Of a stretch of DNA of 64,000 nt, positions 1-9,715 are shown piece after piece. Source of the stretch: Burkholderiales bacterium (GTDB taxonomy: Bacteria; Pseudomonadota; Gammaproteobacteria; Burkholderiales; SG8-39); the NCBI GenBank assembly GCA_046153355.1, contig JBJXEY010000388.1, positions 9,342-73,341 on the forward strand, written 5' to 3'. The number at the start of each line of letters is the position of its first letter. Within the stretch, counting starts at the first letter, position 1. Made by a program: the position numbers and the translations under genes. Under the pieces are notes generated by a model that did not search any database, had not been told where the DNA came from, and saw nothing but the letters and a program-made list of their open reading frames with translations.

Positions 1-645
1 TACGACCCCTTTAAGGAGTTCTCGCCTATATCAAATGTGGCTAGCAATTCTTCGGTGTTGAGCGTGCATTCTTCTGTTCCGGTTAAAAATCTTAAAGATT
101 TTATCGATTACGCCAAAGCCAATCCCGGCAAGATCACCTACGGCTCGGCGGGCAACGGTTCGTTCTCGCACATCACCACCGAGCTCTTTGCCATGCGCGC
201 GGGACTGAAGCTCACGCATGTGCCCTACAAAGGCGGCCCGCAGGCCACCGCGGATTTGGTGAGCGGCCAATTGAATTCCTATTTTGGCAACGCGCCCGAT
301 GTAGTGCCACATTCGAAAACCGGCCGCGTCTTATTGCTGGCGGTATCCAGCGCCAGGCGCGACAAAGCGCTACCCGACCTGCCCGCCATCAGCGAAAGTT
401 ACGCGGGCTTTGCCGCGGTAGGTTGGAACGCCATGCTTGCACCGACTGGGACGCCGCGCGATATCGTTGATCGGCTCGCCGCCGAAGTGCAAAAAGCGGT
501 GCGCGATCCCGCCATGATCTCGCGCCTGGAGCAGATGGCGGTGGATGCGGTGGGTTCCACGCCGCAGGAGTTGGCCGAAACGCTTAGAACCGATTACAAG
601 GTGTATGGCGAGGTGGTCAAAGCGGCCGGTCTTTCCGGAGGTTGA
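1..645 (+). CDS. Bug/TctC tripartite tricarboxylate transporter substrate-binding protein (5'-truncated by window edge)
   Basis: Frame open from base 1 (YDPFKEFSPIS...); YGSAGNGSFSH, HVPYKGG and APTGTP motifs. Confidence 0.93.
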   Translation, partial: YDPFKEFSPISNVASNSSVLSVHSSVPVKNLKDFIDYAKANPGKITYGSAGNGSFSHITTELFAMRAGLKLTHVPYKGGPQATADLVSGQLNSYFGNAPDVVPHSKTGRVLLLAVSSARRDKALPDLPAISESYAGFAAVGWNAMLAPTGTPRDIVDRLAAEVQKAVRDPAMISRLEQMAVDAVGSTPQELAETLRTDYKVYGEVVKAAGLSGG

Positions 646-646
646 G

Positions 647-1258
647 ATGGCAGCTATTTCGCTTGAAGCAGGCAACGCGATTCAATGCATCAACGTCGCC
701 GCCGAAAACGTGACCTTCGAAGGCCGTCAGGCGCTGCGGCTGTCTGACGCTGCCCCGGCTAACGCCGGCGACAACGGCCGCCTCGCCATCTTCCCCATCG
801 ATAATTTTCGCGATGGCATCATCGAAATCGACATCGCCGGCGAACCCGGTCCGGGTGCCGCACAGGCCGCGCGCGGTTTCGTCGGCGTGGCGTTTCGCGT
901 CGCGCCCAAGGCCGAATCGTTCGAGTGCTTTTATATCCGTCCGACCAACGGGCGTGCGGACGATCAGGTGCGCCGCAATCATTCGACGCAATACATTTCC
1001 TATCCCGGTTATCCGTGGGAGTTGCTGCGCGAAAAGTTTCCCAAAAAGTACGAGTGTTATGCCGATCTGGAGCCAGCCAAACTCACCTCTATCAAAATCG
1101 ATGTCCGAGGCGACAAAGCCAAACTTTACGTTCACCGCGCCAGCCAACCCACCTTGATCGTCAACGACCTCAAGCAGGCCCCGCGCGAGGGTTCGATCGC
1201 TCTATGGCTGGGGCCAGGCACCATCGGCCACTTTGTTGATTTGACGGTGAGCGACTAA
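647..1258 (+). CDS. Conserved hypothetical protein, DUF1080/ConA-like beta-sandwich family (tentative)
   Basis: ATG at 647 right after the Bug stop; beta-rich sequence with GFVGVAFR and FYIRPTNGRADDQVRRNHSTQY. Confidence 0.6.
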   Translation: MAAISLEAGNAIQCINVAAENVTFEGRQALRLSDAAPANAGDNGRLAIFPIDNFRDGIIEIDIAGEPGPGAAQAARGFVGVAFRVAPKAESFECFYIRPTNGRADDQVRRNHSTQYISYPGYPWELLREKFPKKYECYADLEPAKLTSIKIDVRGDKAKLYVHRASQPTLIVNDLKQAPREGSIALWLGPGTIGHFVDLTVSD

Positions 1259-1263
1259 AGGGT

Positions 1264-2256
1264 TTACTGCGAAGTAGGCGGTGTCTCGCCTGGGCGTATG
1301 CCGATCGCCTTGAATATGCGCGCGGCATTCACCTTGTCTTCCTTCAGAAATGCGGCGAATTCGCTAGGCGTGTTGCCCACCGGAATCAAAGCTTGCGTCT
1401 TCAATAACTCCTTGATGCGCTCGCTGTGCACCGCCTTGCCGAATTCCGCGGCGAGCCGCTCGACGATGGGCATGGGCGTCTTGGCCGGTGCAAACATCGC
1501 GAAGTAACTATTCAACCCCGGATCACTGTTGAAATCGCCCAGACTTGGCGTGCCGGGCACGAAGGGTGAACGCTCCTTGCCCGCCACGGCGAGCAGGCGC
1601 AATTTGCCCGCATTGACATGCTGCTGCACCAAGCCGATCGCGCTGTAAGTCAAATGCACCTGCCCGGCGACAATGGCTGGCAAGGACGGCCCCGCGCCTT
1701 TGTAAGGCACCGGTGTGATGTTGACGCCATTGGCGTGATTGATCCACCCCAGCATGATGCCGGGCACACTGCCTGAGCCCCAGGTGGCGTAATTCAGCGC
1801 GCCGGGGTTAGCCCGGGCGAAAACAATCACATCCGCGAAGCTGCCATTGGGCGCCGATGGATGCGCGACGATCACGCCGCCCGCGCCACGAAACAAATTG
1901 GTCACGGGAACAAAACCATTCTCCGCGTCATACGGCAGCTTGGAGAAAAGCAAGGGGTTGTACACCAGCGACTCGGGCGTGGTGACGCACACCGTATAAC
2001 CATCGGGCGGCGCCTTTTCGCAGGCTTGAAATCCAATCAAGGTTCCGGCGCCGGGCCGATACTCCACCACCACCGGCTGTCCCGTGGATTCGGTCACGCC
2101 CTGACCGCTGTTTCGCGAAATGAGATCGGTCAAGCCGCCAGGCGAAGTGGAGACGATGATCCGGATCGGTTTGACGGGAAAGGCCTGGCCCATGGCGGGA
2201 GACCAAACACCACCTAACAACGCGCCGGTCAGACTAAGCAACAACCCGATTTTCAT
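1264..2256 (-). CDS. Bug/TctC substrate-binding protein
   Basis: Signal peptide; SPGGLTD, RPGAG, PDGYT and VPYKG motifs. Confidence 0.93.
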   Translation of the reverse strand: MKIGLLLSLTGALLGGVWSPAMGQAFPVKPIRIIVSTSPGGLTDLISRNSGQGVTESTGQPVVVEYRPGAGTLIGFQACEKAPPDGYTVCVTTPESLVYNPLLFSKLPYDAENGFVPVTNLFRGAGGVIVAHPSAPNGSFADVIVFARANPGALNYATWGSGSVPGIMLGWINHANGVNITPVPYKGAGPSLPAIVAGQVHLTYSAIGLVQQHVNAGKLRLLAVAGKERSPFVPGTPSLGDFNSDPGLNSYFAMFAPAKTPMPIVERLAAEFGKAVHSERIKELLKTQALIPVGNTPSEFAAFLKEDKVNAARIFKAIGIRPGETPPTSQ

Positions 2257-2261
2257 CGCAG

Positions 2262-3245
2262 CTACTCGGGTTTCAAGCCAATGGCATCGGCCAGTTTCTG
2301 CCCATTCTCCAGATCATCCCTGACGATTTTTCCCAACTCGGCGGGGGTGCTGGCAAGCACGGTGGTAAATTGATCCTCGAATGCCGAGGTCACTTCCTTA
2401 GATCTCAAGGCCGCATGCGCACTGGAATTCAAGCGCTCGACCACCGCACCAGGCAAATTGGCGGGCCCGAACAGCGCAATCCATCCGGGGATACGCCGAT
2501 AGCCGGGAATGGTTTCCGCGACCGCCGGCACATTGGGCAGCCGCGCGCTGCGCTGCGCCCCGGTGATACCAAGAATCTTCACTTTGCTCACATTCCCGCC
2601 GAGATTGCCATAACTCGGAAAAGCCACATCCACCTCGCCCGCGATGATGGCCACCGCCTGCGGTCCGGTGCCTTTGTAGGGCACGTGCAGCATGTCCACA
2701 CCAGCGAGCAGCTTCAAGGCTTCGCCCTGAAAGTGAAACGCCGAACCTATCCCGGAACTGGCATAGGTGACCTTGCCCGGATATTTTTTCGCGTAATCGA
2801 GCAGCTCCTTCACCGAATTCACCGGCATGTTTAGGCGCACCGCGAAGGCCTGGATCGACTCGTACATGTTGGTGATCGGCGTGAAATCTTTCACCGGATG
2901 GAAGGGCACGTTCTTGGAAAGAATCACGCTGGTGATGAGCGTGCTCGACGCCGGCACCAAAAGCGTATAGCCATCCGGCGCGGCGCGCGCCACCACATCG
3001 GCGCCGATGATGCCGTTGGCGCCGGCGCGATTCTCCAGGATCACCGGCTGGCCAATGTTCTTTGACATCTCAGTGAGAATCACGCGGGCGAGAACATCCA
3101 CGCCGCCTGGCGGATAGGGCACCACCACACGTATCGGTTTAACCGGGAACGCTTGCGCGTAGCAGCCCGAGGACCATACGCCCGCGGACAAAGCGATTGC
3201 CGCCGCCAGTGTCGTGCCACGAACCCTGCGATGTATTGTCGCCAT
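2262..3245 (-). CDS. Bug/TctC substrate-binding protein
   Basis: ATG 3245 with GGAGG RBS; YPPGGVD, ENRAGA and HVPYKG motifs. Confidence 0.93.
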   Translation of the reverse strand: MATIHRRVRGTTLAAAIALSAGVWSSGCYAQAFPVKPIRVVVPYPPGGVDVLARVILTEMSKNIGQPVILENRAGANGIIGADVVARAAPDGYTLLVPASSTLITSVILSKNVPFHPVKDFTPITNMYESIQAFAVRLNMPVNSVKELLDYAKKYPGKVTYASSGIGSAFHFQGEALKLLAGVDMLHVPYKGTGPQAVAIIAGEVDVAFPSYGNLGGNVSKVKILGITGAQRSARLPNVPAVAETIPGYRRIPGWIALFGPANLPGAVVERLNSSAHAALRSKEVTSAFEDQFTTVLASTPAELGKIVRDDLENGQKLADAIGLKPE

Positions 3246-3483
3246 AGTGACCTCCTTTGTTTTAGATCCCACTCACACCTTCTCACGTTGCTATTGCCTT
3301 GCTGCTGAATCTTATATTCGCTGAGCAGTGGCCTGCGGGCAATGTTTTCAAACGGTACCACGAAGGCTGGCCACGAGTGCATCGCCTGCCCGGCACAAAA
3401 TATAGCGCCAAGCGCACACTAAAATGCCCTGGATTTCGCAAGGCCGTCCATTTACCCAGATCGAATCAAGTAAGATTGTGACC

Positions 3484-4380
3484 ATGGGAGAAGTTCTAGA
3501 TCTATTTCAACAAGACCCTGCCCCCGAAAGGCAGGTGCTTCTTGAAAAAACCGCGAATCGATGTGAAATCATCGTCGGGGATGCGCGCGAAATTCTTCAC
3601 GGCTTTCCCGATGGAATATTTCAATGCGCCGTCACTTCGCCGCCCTACTGGGGCCTGCGTGACTATGGAATTCACGGGCAAATTGGCGCGGAAACCAGGG
3701 TGGGAGATTACATAACCGATCTAGTACGTGTTTTCCGCGAAGTGCGGCGCGTACTGTCGAACGACGGCACGCTGTGGCTGAATATTGGTGATAGCTATAC
3801 ATCGGGCGGTAGAACCTGGCGCGACTCCGACGACAAAAACAAAGGGCGTGCCATGGATTATCGCCCTCCGACACCGGATGGCCTCAAGCCTAAAGATTTG
3901 ATCGGCGTTCCATGGAAGCTCGCTTTCGCCCTTCAGGATGACGGTTGGTATCTACGCACCGATATCGTGTGGAATAAACCTAATTGCCAGCCCGAAAGCG
4001 CCAAGGACAGGCCCACGCGCTCACACGAGTATGTTTTTCTGTTTTCCAAGTCCGAAAAGTATTACTACGATTGGGAGTCCATTCAGGAACCCGTGCAGGG
4101 GCCTGCACAAGGCAGCCGTCAAAAAACAAAAAATCGCCGGACCGTTTGGAACATCAATACAGAACCTTATCCGGGCAGCCATTTCGCCGTTTATCCCCGG
4201 TCCTTGGCACGGCTCTGCGTACTGGCCGGTTCTCGTCTTGAAAGCCGTGTTTTGGACCCTTTCTTCGGGTCTGGCACCACCGGTGTCGTCTGCAACGAAC
4301 TCGGACGTTCGTCCACCGGCATTGAGCTGAGCGAAGAGTATGCGGAGCTGGCACGCGAGCGCTTGCTAAAGCGGCGTTGA
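3484..4380 (+). CDS. DNA N4-cytosine methyltransferase, beta class (M.SmaI-like)
   Basis: Motif IV TSPPYW precedes motif I VLDPFFGSGTT; convergent with a SmaI-like REase; start may be 3424 or 3484. Confidence 0.9.
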   Translation: MGEVLDLFQQDPAPERQVLLEKTANRCEIIVGDAREILHGFPDGIFQCAVTSPPYWGLRDYGIHGQIGAETRVGDYITDLVRVFREVRRVLSNDGTLWLNIGDSYTSGGRTWRDSDDKNKGRAMDYRPPTPDGLKPKDLIGVPWKLAFALQDDGWYLRTDIVWNKPNCQPESAKDRPTRSHEYVFLFSKSEKYYYDWESIQEPVQGPAQGSRQKTKNRRTVWNINTEPYPGSHFAVYPRSLARLCVLAGSRLESRVLDPFFGSGTTGVVCNELGRSSTGIELSEEYAELARERLLKRR

Positions 4381-5118
4381 CTCGAATTCCCAGGTCGCGT
4401 GAACTGTGCAAAGCGATTTGCGCAAATTTCGAATCTGCAATTTTCTCTCTGTCCCACCATCGAAATACAGCGCGTATTTCAATGAGCCATCGCGGCCTTC
4501 GATATAGGCGTATCCGGGTTTGGGTTTCTGCTTACTGGTCTTTTTTACCTCAAAGCGACAGGACTTTGCAGCGAGCAACAGGGAAACTGGAATTTCCACC
4601 AGCTCATAACGAAATTGCCTTGGCCCAGGCGCCAAACAACGCAGCGTGAAAACTCGCTTATAGCTGCGTAAGTGTTCAAGAAACAAGTCGCGTAATTCGG
4701 GCAAGACCCATTTACCCATACCAAGTTCCATCCACTTACTGATGCGAATAATGTCCTCCTTGATATTCGCGGCGGCTTCAGTTTTCAGACTCACGGGCAC
4801 TCCCGCGATGGTGATGTCGTGACCTCGATTGGTTCGGCTTTCTACCAGCGTGGCCGCGGTTCCCGCTAAATTCAAGGCGCGTTCGAAAGCATATTCAAAT
4901 TTGTCCTTGGTTAGAGGCTGGCGGCTCAGAGCGTGATGGATGCGCAATGCGTCACCCATGGCCTCCAGCACCTCATCACCAATCCAATCCGAGTCGGCGT
5001 TTCGATGAAATTCGTGCGGCAATTGGAATTGAGACATGGCAGATCTAACCCAATCCTTCTGCGATGGCGTCAGCAATCGAAGCGCTTTCGCAAGCGCGAC
5101 CGCATCGTCTTCTGTCAT
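4366..5118 (-). CDS. Type II restriction endonuclease, SmaI family (predicted CCCGGG)
   Basis: Segments ESRTNRGHDITI, SLKTEAA, SKWMELG, LVEIP, KPGY and LYFDGGTERKLQI match R.SmaI as recalled; 250 aa. Confidence 0.85.
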   Translation of the reverse strand: MTEDDAVALAKALRLLTPSQKDWVRSAMSQFQLPHEFHRNADSDWIGDEVLEAMGDALRIHHALSRQPLTKDKFEYAFERALNLAGTAATLVESRTNRGHDITIAGVPVSLKTEAAANIKEDIIRISKWMELGMGKWVLPELRDLFLEHLRSYKRVFTLRCLAPGPRQFRYELVEIPVSLLLAAKSCRFEVKKTSKQKPKPGYAYIEGRDGSLKYALYFDGGTERKLQIRNLRKSLCTVHATWEFESTPL

Positions 5119-5313
5119 AGTCCATGTACCCTGAATAGGTACCGAATCTTAAGGGATATTGGATTCATGCCTCATGCGATGCGCTACAGGCAATATCGTT
5201 GACCACTTCAACGCTTGTTCCGCGTTCACTCCGCCATTACACTTGCCGACTTTCGTGGCGCAACCGACCTTTTGGACTATGCGCCCGAGGTACACAGAGG
5301 TCAGGAGCAATAC

Positions 5314-6966
5314 ATGTCGGCTATTCCGGACAAAGCATCCGCAGAAAAAACACCTGTCCTCATCGCCGGCGCAGGCCCAGTGGGCCTGGCTCTTGCCGGC
5401 GATCTGGGTTGGCGCGGCTTATCCTGCATCGTTATTGAAAAAGGCGACGGTGGCATCGCGCAGCCGAAAATGGATCTCCTGGGTGTTCGCACCATGGAGT
5501 TCTGCCGCCGTTGGGGCATTGTCGATTGGGTGGAGAACGCCGGCTACCAACGCGATCACGAGCAGGATTGCGTCTGGGTGAGCGCCTTGTCGGGTGGTTA
5601 CGAATTCGGCCGCGAATGTTTTCCGCGACCTTGCGATGAAGTGCCGCCGCCGCAAAGCCCGCAGCATCGCGAGCGCCAGCCGCAAAATTTTTTCGATCCG
5701 GTGATCGCGCGCTTCGCCAAATCATTTTCCAATGTGGCGGTGCGCTACCACACCGAGTTGCTCGAATTCGAGGAGCATGCCGATGGCGTGCGTGCACGCG
5801 TCAAAGACCTCAAGTCAGGCGAAATCAGCGTTATTGAATCCGCGTACCTAGCCGGATGCGATGGCGGCGGCAGCGTGGTGCGCCAACAATTAGGCATTCC
5901 CCTACCGCAGAACGCGGTGCTCACCTACACTACCAACGCCGTGTTTCGCTGCAACAATCTCTGGGAATTGCAGGATAAAGAACCCGGTTATCGCTTCATA
6001 TTCATCGGCCCCGAAGGCACCTGGGCGACGATTGTCGCGGTCAATGGGCGCGACCAATATCGTTTTTCCTATGTTGGCGATGGCAATAAAAAAGCGCTCG
6101 ATGAAAACGAAATTCGCTCAGCCATCGTGCGCGCAGTGGGACGCGAGTTTGAATTCGAGATCCTCTCGCTGCTTCCCTGGATACGCCGCGAATACGTGGC
6201 CGACTCCTATGGCACCGAGCGCGTCTTCCTGGTGGGTGACGCGGCGCATTTGAATTCCCCCACCGGCGCCTTCGGCATGAACACCGGCATGCAGGATGCC
6301 GTGGACCTCGGCTGGAAACTGGAGGCCGCGTTGCGCGGCTGGGCCGGACCGAAGTTGCTTGCTTCTTATGGGATCGAGCGGCGTCCCGTGGCCTTGCGTA
6401 ACGTCAAGGAAGCCACCGCCAATCTCAAACGCATGATGTCCACGCGTGACAAAAAGCCTGCGAAGGAGGTGTTCGAGCGCGGTCCGGCTGGAGACGACGC
6501 GCGCAAAGCGTTCGGCGCCGAATACACCGAGATGATGCGCCAGGAGTGGTTCACCCTGGGCATTCATCTGGGCTACTGGTACGAAAATTCTCCGGTGATC
6601 GTGCCCGATGGCACGCCGCCCCCACCCGATGAAGTGATGAACTATACGCAGACCGCGCGCCCTGGCTCGCGCGCGCCGCATGTGTGGCTCGCGCCGGGAA
6701 AATCCACTTTGGATTATTTCGGCAAGCGCTTCGTGTTGCTGCGCTTTTCCCGACATGTTGATGTCGAACCACTGCTTGCCGCAGCGCGTGCGGTGAACAT
6801 GCCACTTGAATTGGTCGAGATTCGTCACGCGGATGCGCTGCGTGCTTATGGAAGGCTTCTGGTGCTGGTGCGGCCCGATGGACACGTTGCCTGGCGCGCA
6901 GACTCCATTCCGGATAATAGTTATAACATTATCAATATACTACGCGGTGACCCGAGCATTTCATAG
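5314..6966 (+). CDS. FAD-dependent aromatic monooxygenase (PheA/TfdB-like)
   Basis: AGGAG RBS; GAGPVG, GCDGGGS, GDAAH...GMNTGMQDA and LVRPDGHVAW motifs. Confidence 0.9.
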   Translation: MSAIPDKASAEKTPVLIAGAGPVGLALAGDLGWRGLSCIVIEKGDGGIAQPKMDLLGVRTMEFCRRWGIVDWVENAGYQRDHEQDCVWVSALSGGYEFGRECFPRPCDEVPPPQSPQHRERQPQNFFDPVIARFAKSFSNVAVRYHTELLEFEEHADGVRARVKDLKSGEISVIESAYLAGCDGGGSVVRQQLGIPLPQNAVLTYTTNAVFRCNNLWELQDKEPGYRFIFIGPEGTWATIVAVNGRDQYRFSYVGDGNKKALDENEIRSAIVRAVGREFEFEILSLLPWIRREYVADSYGTERVFLVGDAAHLNSPTGAFGMNTGMQDAVDLGWKLEAALRGWAGPKLLASYGIERRPVALRNVKEATANLKRMMSTRDKKPAKEVFERGPAGDDARKAFGAEYTEMMRQEWFTLGIHLGYWYENSPVIVPDGTPPPPDEVMNYTQTARPGSRAPHVWLAPGKSTLDYFGKRFVLLRFSRHVDVEPLLAAARAVNMPLELVEIRHADALRAYGRLLVLVRPDGHVAWRADSIPDNSYNIINILRGDPSIS

Positions 6967-7090
6967 TTTAATTTGGGATAGACTTTCGAGAAAGCTACAG
7001 TGGCTTTTTCCCCTCGATTTGCGTCACCTTGGCGCGTAAGTTTCGTGCGACTATTTAGTCTAGCCTGACAGTGAAACCCATGGAGCCAAT

Positions 7091-8299
7091 TTGAATCTCG
7101 ATATTCGCACCCTGGATGTAGCCATCATCATCATTTGCAGCGTGTTCGGCCCGGTTGCGTTTGCTTTCGGTTCCGGTCAGGCCTACGCGCTGTCGGCGCG
7201 GCTCTGGGGGGCGGCGGTATTGGCGCTGGCCGGTGGCCTGGCGCTGGTCAATTCGCTAGGTCACCTGCCCGAATATTTCCCGCAATTTTTTGGCCCGGCG
7301 CTGTTTGCTCTAGGCTTAACCTTCGCGCAACTTTGCGCACGCTCGGCGCGTGGTCTGGGGATGCGCGAGCCTCTGGGCTGGGGACTGCTCGCCTCGTTCG
7401 CGCTGGCGATGTTCGCCGCCTACTACACCTCCCAGAGCGCGACGTTGCGCCATTTTCTCGAGATGGAATTCATCGGACTGATGGCTTGCAAAACCGCCTA
7501 TGAGTTTGATCGCTGCAGGGAGCTGCGTGATGGCCGCCCAATGCTGACCATCGCAACCATATTTTGCTTACTGGGCGCGGTGCTGCTGGTCCGCGGCTTA
7601 CTCGGCGTGCCAGGCCTGGAAACCGGCGCCGCGATGGAGCAAGACACGATTGGCGCATTGAGCCGGGTGGGCATGATCGCCGGCTTGTTGATTTGCACCA
7701 TCGTGCTTCTGTGGGTGATCACCGAAACGATTGCACGGCAGGTGCGCGAATTGGTGTCCCTGGACCCACTCAGCGGCACGCTGAATCGCCAGACCATGAT
7801 TGCCCAGGTAGTGCGCGAAATATCCCGCACCCGCCGTCGCGCCAATTCACGTTTCTCCATGTTGCTATTTAACGTCGACAATTTTCGGCGCATCAATGAC
7901 GCCTATGGGCAAGACACGGGAGATAAGGTCCTCAAGTCGATGGCGAATGCGCTGCGCAAAACCATTCGCGACTACGACCTGCTGGGCCGCATCGAGGGGG
8001 ATTCCTTCATGCTGGTGTTGCCCGGCACCTGGGGAGAAAACGCGGTGAATCTGGCGGCACGCGCGCAAAAAGAAATCGCCACGCAAGCAAAATTAACCAC
8101 CACCAAAAACTCGATCTCGGTGAGCGTTGGCATCGCCGTGCTTGGCGATAATGGCGAAGATTGGAATGCCTTGTTGTTGGCGGCGGAGACCGCCATGAGG
8201 ACCGCCAAGGGCAAGGGTGGAAATCGAATCGAGGTGGCGGAGTCGGAACTTCTCCCTAGCAACGGCGACGCGGATTCACCTAAACCGGCGATCATTTAG
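7091..8299 (+). CDS. Multi-TM GGDEF-domain protein with degenerate active site
   Basis: About 7 hydrophobic segments, then DPLSGTLNR, NVDNFRRINDAYG and RDYDLLGRIEGDSF; TTG start with GGAG RBS. Confidence 0.85.
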   Translation: MNLDIRTLDVAIIIICSVFGPVAFAFGSGQAYALSARLWGAAVLALAGGLALVNSLGHLPEYFPQFFGPALFALGLTFAQLCARSARGLGMREPLGWGLLASFALAMFAAYYTSQSATLRHFLEMEFIGLMACKTAYEFDRCRELRDGRPMLTIATIFCLLGAVLLVRGLLGVPGLETGAAMEQDTIGALSRVGMIAGLLICTIVLLWVITETIARQVRELVSLDPLSGTLNRQTMIAQVVREISRTRRRANSRFSMLLFNVDNFRRINDAYGQDTGDKVLKSMANALRKTIRDYDLLGRIEGDSFMLVLPGTWGENAVNLAARAQKEIATQAKLTTTKNSISVSVGIAVLGDNGEDWNALLLAAETAMRTAKGKGGNRIEVAESELLPSNGDADSPKPAII

Positions 8300-8331
8300 C
8301 AGCCATAACATCGCCAATTTATCCAGACTGG

Positions 8332-8580
8332 CTATTCGGGCTTGATGCCAGCCACCTTCACCACCCGGGTCCATTTCTCTACCTCGAATTGCAGCTTGCG
8401 CCGTAGATCCTCCACCGAGCCGCCGGTCGCCGTGGTACCTCGCTTTTGCAAATCGGCGCGGAACTGCTGCTGCGCCGCGATGCCCGCGTCATCCAGGACA
8501 CCGCCGCGGCTGGGAGGGATTTGAGCATGCAGGAGCGCGCCTGCAGCCGCCGCCCACCTGAGCAATAACTGGGATAGCAA
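8332..8580 (-). pseudogene. Truncated or internally deleted Bug/TctC remnant
   Basis: Last ~45 codons (RADLQKRGTTATGGS...KWTRVVKVAGIKPE) closely match the C-termini of the two upstream Bug paralogs; the central body is missing. Confidence 0.75.
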
Positions 8581-8649
8581 CGGCGCTTCGTTCGGCGCGC
8601 TGTCGCTGGGTTTGCCGCTTGAGGGGCTGATTCGTTAGGCTTTGCGCAA

Positions 8650-9633
8650 CTATTCGGGTTTGATACCCGCAAGCTTCACCACGCGGGTCCACTTATCGAC
8701 TTCGCCTTCCAATTTCTTGCGCAGGTCACCGGGCGTGCCGCCCGCGCCCTGTGTGCCGCGACCGGTGAGTTCTGTGCGCACCTGGGGGTTCTTGAGCACT
8801 TCATTGATTTCAGCGTTGATGCGCGACACGATGGCTGCGGGTGTGCCTTGCGGCGCCAAGGCATAGTTGTAGCCCTGCAATTCCACATTGGGAATGCCCG
8901 CCTCGGCCAGGCTCGGCGTATCGGGGCGCTCGGGTGAGCGCCGCGACGCTGCCACGGCAAGAACCTTTATTTTTCCGCCGGCCAGTTGCGACGCGATCGC
9001 GGGCATGCCGGTGATCAACGCCTGCACGCGACCCGATAGCAGATCGGGAACGGCACGCGCGATGCCGTTGTAGGGCACATGCAGAAGATCGGCGCCGGTC
9101 TGCTGCTTGAAAAGCTCCATCGCAAGATGATGCGGCGAGCCCACGCCGGGGCTCGCGTAACTGAATTTTCCCGGCGATGTGCGCGTCAGCCTCACCAAAT
9201 CCTGCGCACCATTGGCGCCAAGGGCATCGCCGCTCACTGCAAGATAAAAATCGATCACCACGTTCAGCACGATCATTTCAAAGTCGCGCAACACATTGAC
9301 GTCCCGGTTCGTGCCCAGTGCCATCATCAGCGCCAGGCTGTCGGTGGCGAGCAGTATCGAATATCCGTCCGGTGCCGCGCGCTTCAACGCTTGCGCCGCC
9401 ACCAGCCCCGCGGCACCGCCATTGTTGGTGACCACCACCGGCGCACCCATTCGTTCCGCCAGCCGGTCTGAGAGCGTGCGCGCCACCAGATCAGTAGCCG
9501 CGCCGGGAATACTCGCGACAACCAGCTGCACAGGTTTGGACGGATAAGACTGTGCCCACGTCTGCTGCAGACACGGCGCACCGAGGCAAACCAACGCAGT
9601 CATCGCGAGACAAATGTGGCGAAGCAAATCCAT
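8650..9633 (-). CDS. Bug/TctC substrate-binding protein
   Basis: Signal peptide; IPGAATD, SPGVGSPHHL and HVPYNG motifs. Confidence 0.92.
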   Translation of the reverse strand: MDLLRHICLAMTALVCLGAPCLQQTWAQSYPSKPVQLVVASIPGAATDLVARTLSDRLAERMGAPVVVTNNGGAAGLVAAQALKRAAPDGYSILLATDSLALMMALGTNRDVNVLRDFEMIVLNVVIDFYLAVSGDALGANGAQDLVRLTRTSPGKFSYASPGVGSPHHLAMELFKQQTGADLLHVPYNGIARAVPDLLSGRVQALITGMPAIASQLAGGKIKVLAVAASRRSPERPDTPSLAEAGIPNVELQGYNYALAPQGTPAAIVSRINAEINEVLKNPQVRTELTGRGTQGAGGTPGDLRKKLEGEVDKWTRVVKLAGIKPE

Positions 9634-9715
9634 GGCAACCAATTTACTCTCTGCATTAGAACTGCTCACGACGCAATGTCCTTCGCGAAAATGGGGCATT
9701 CATCAGCCAAAAAAC

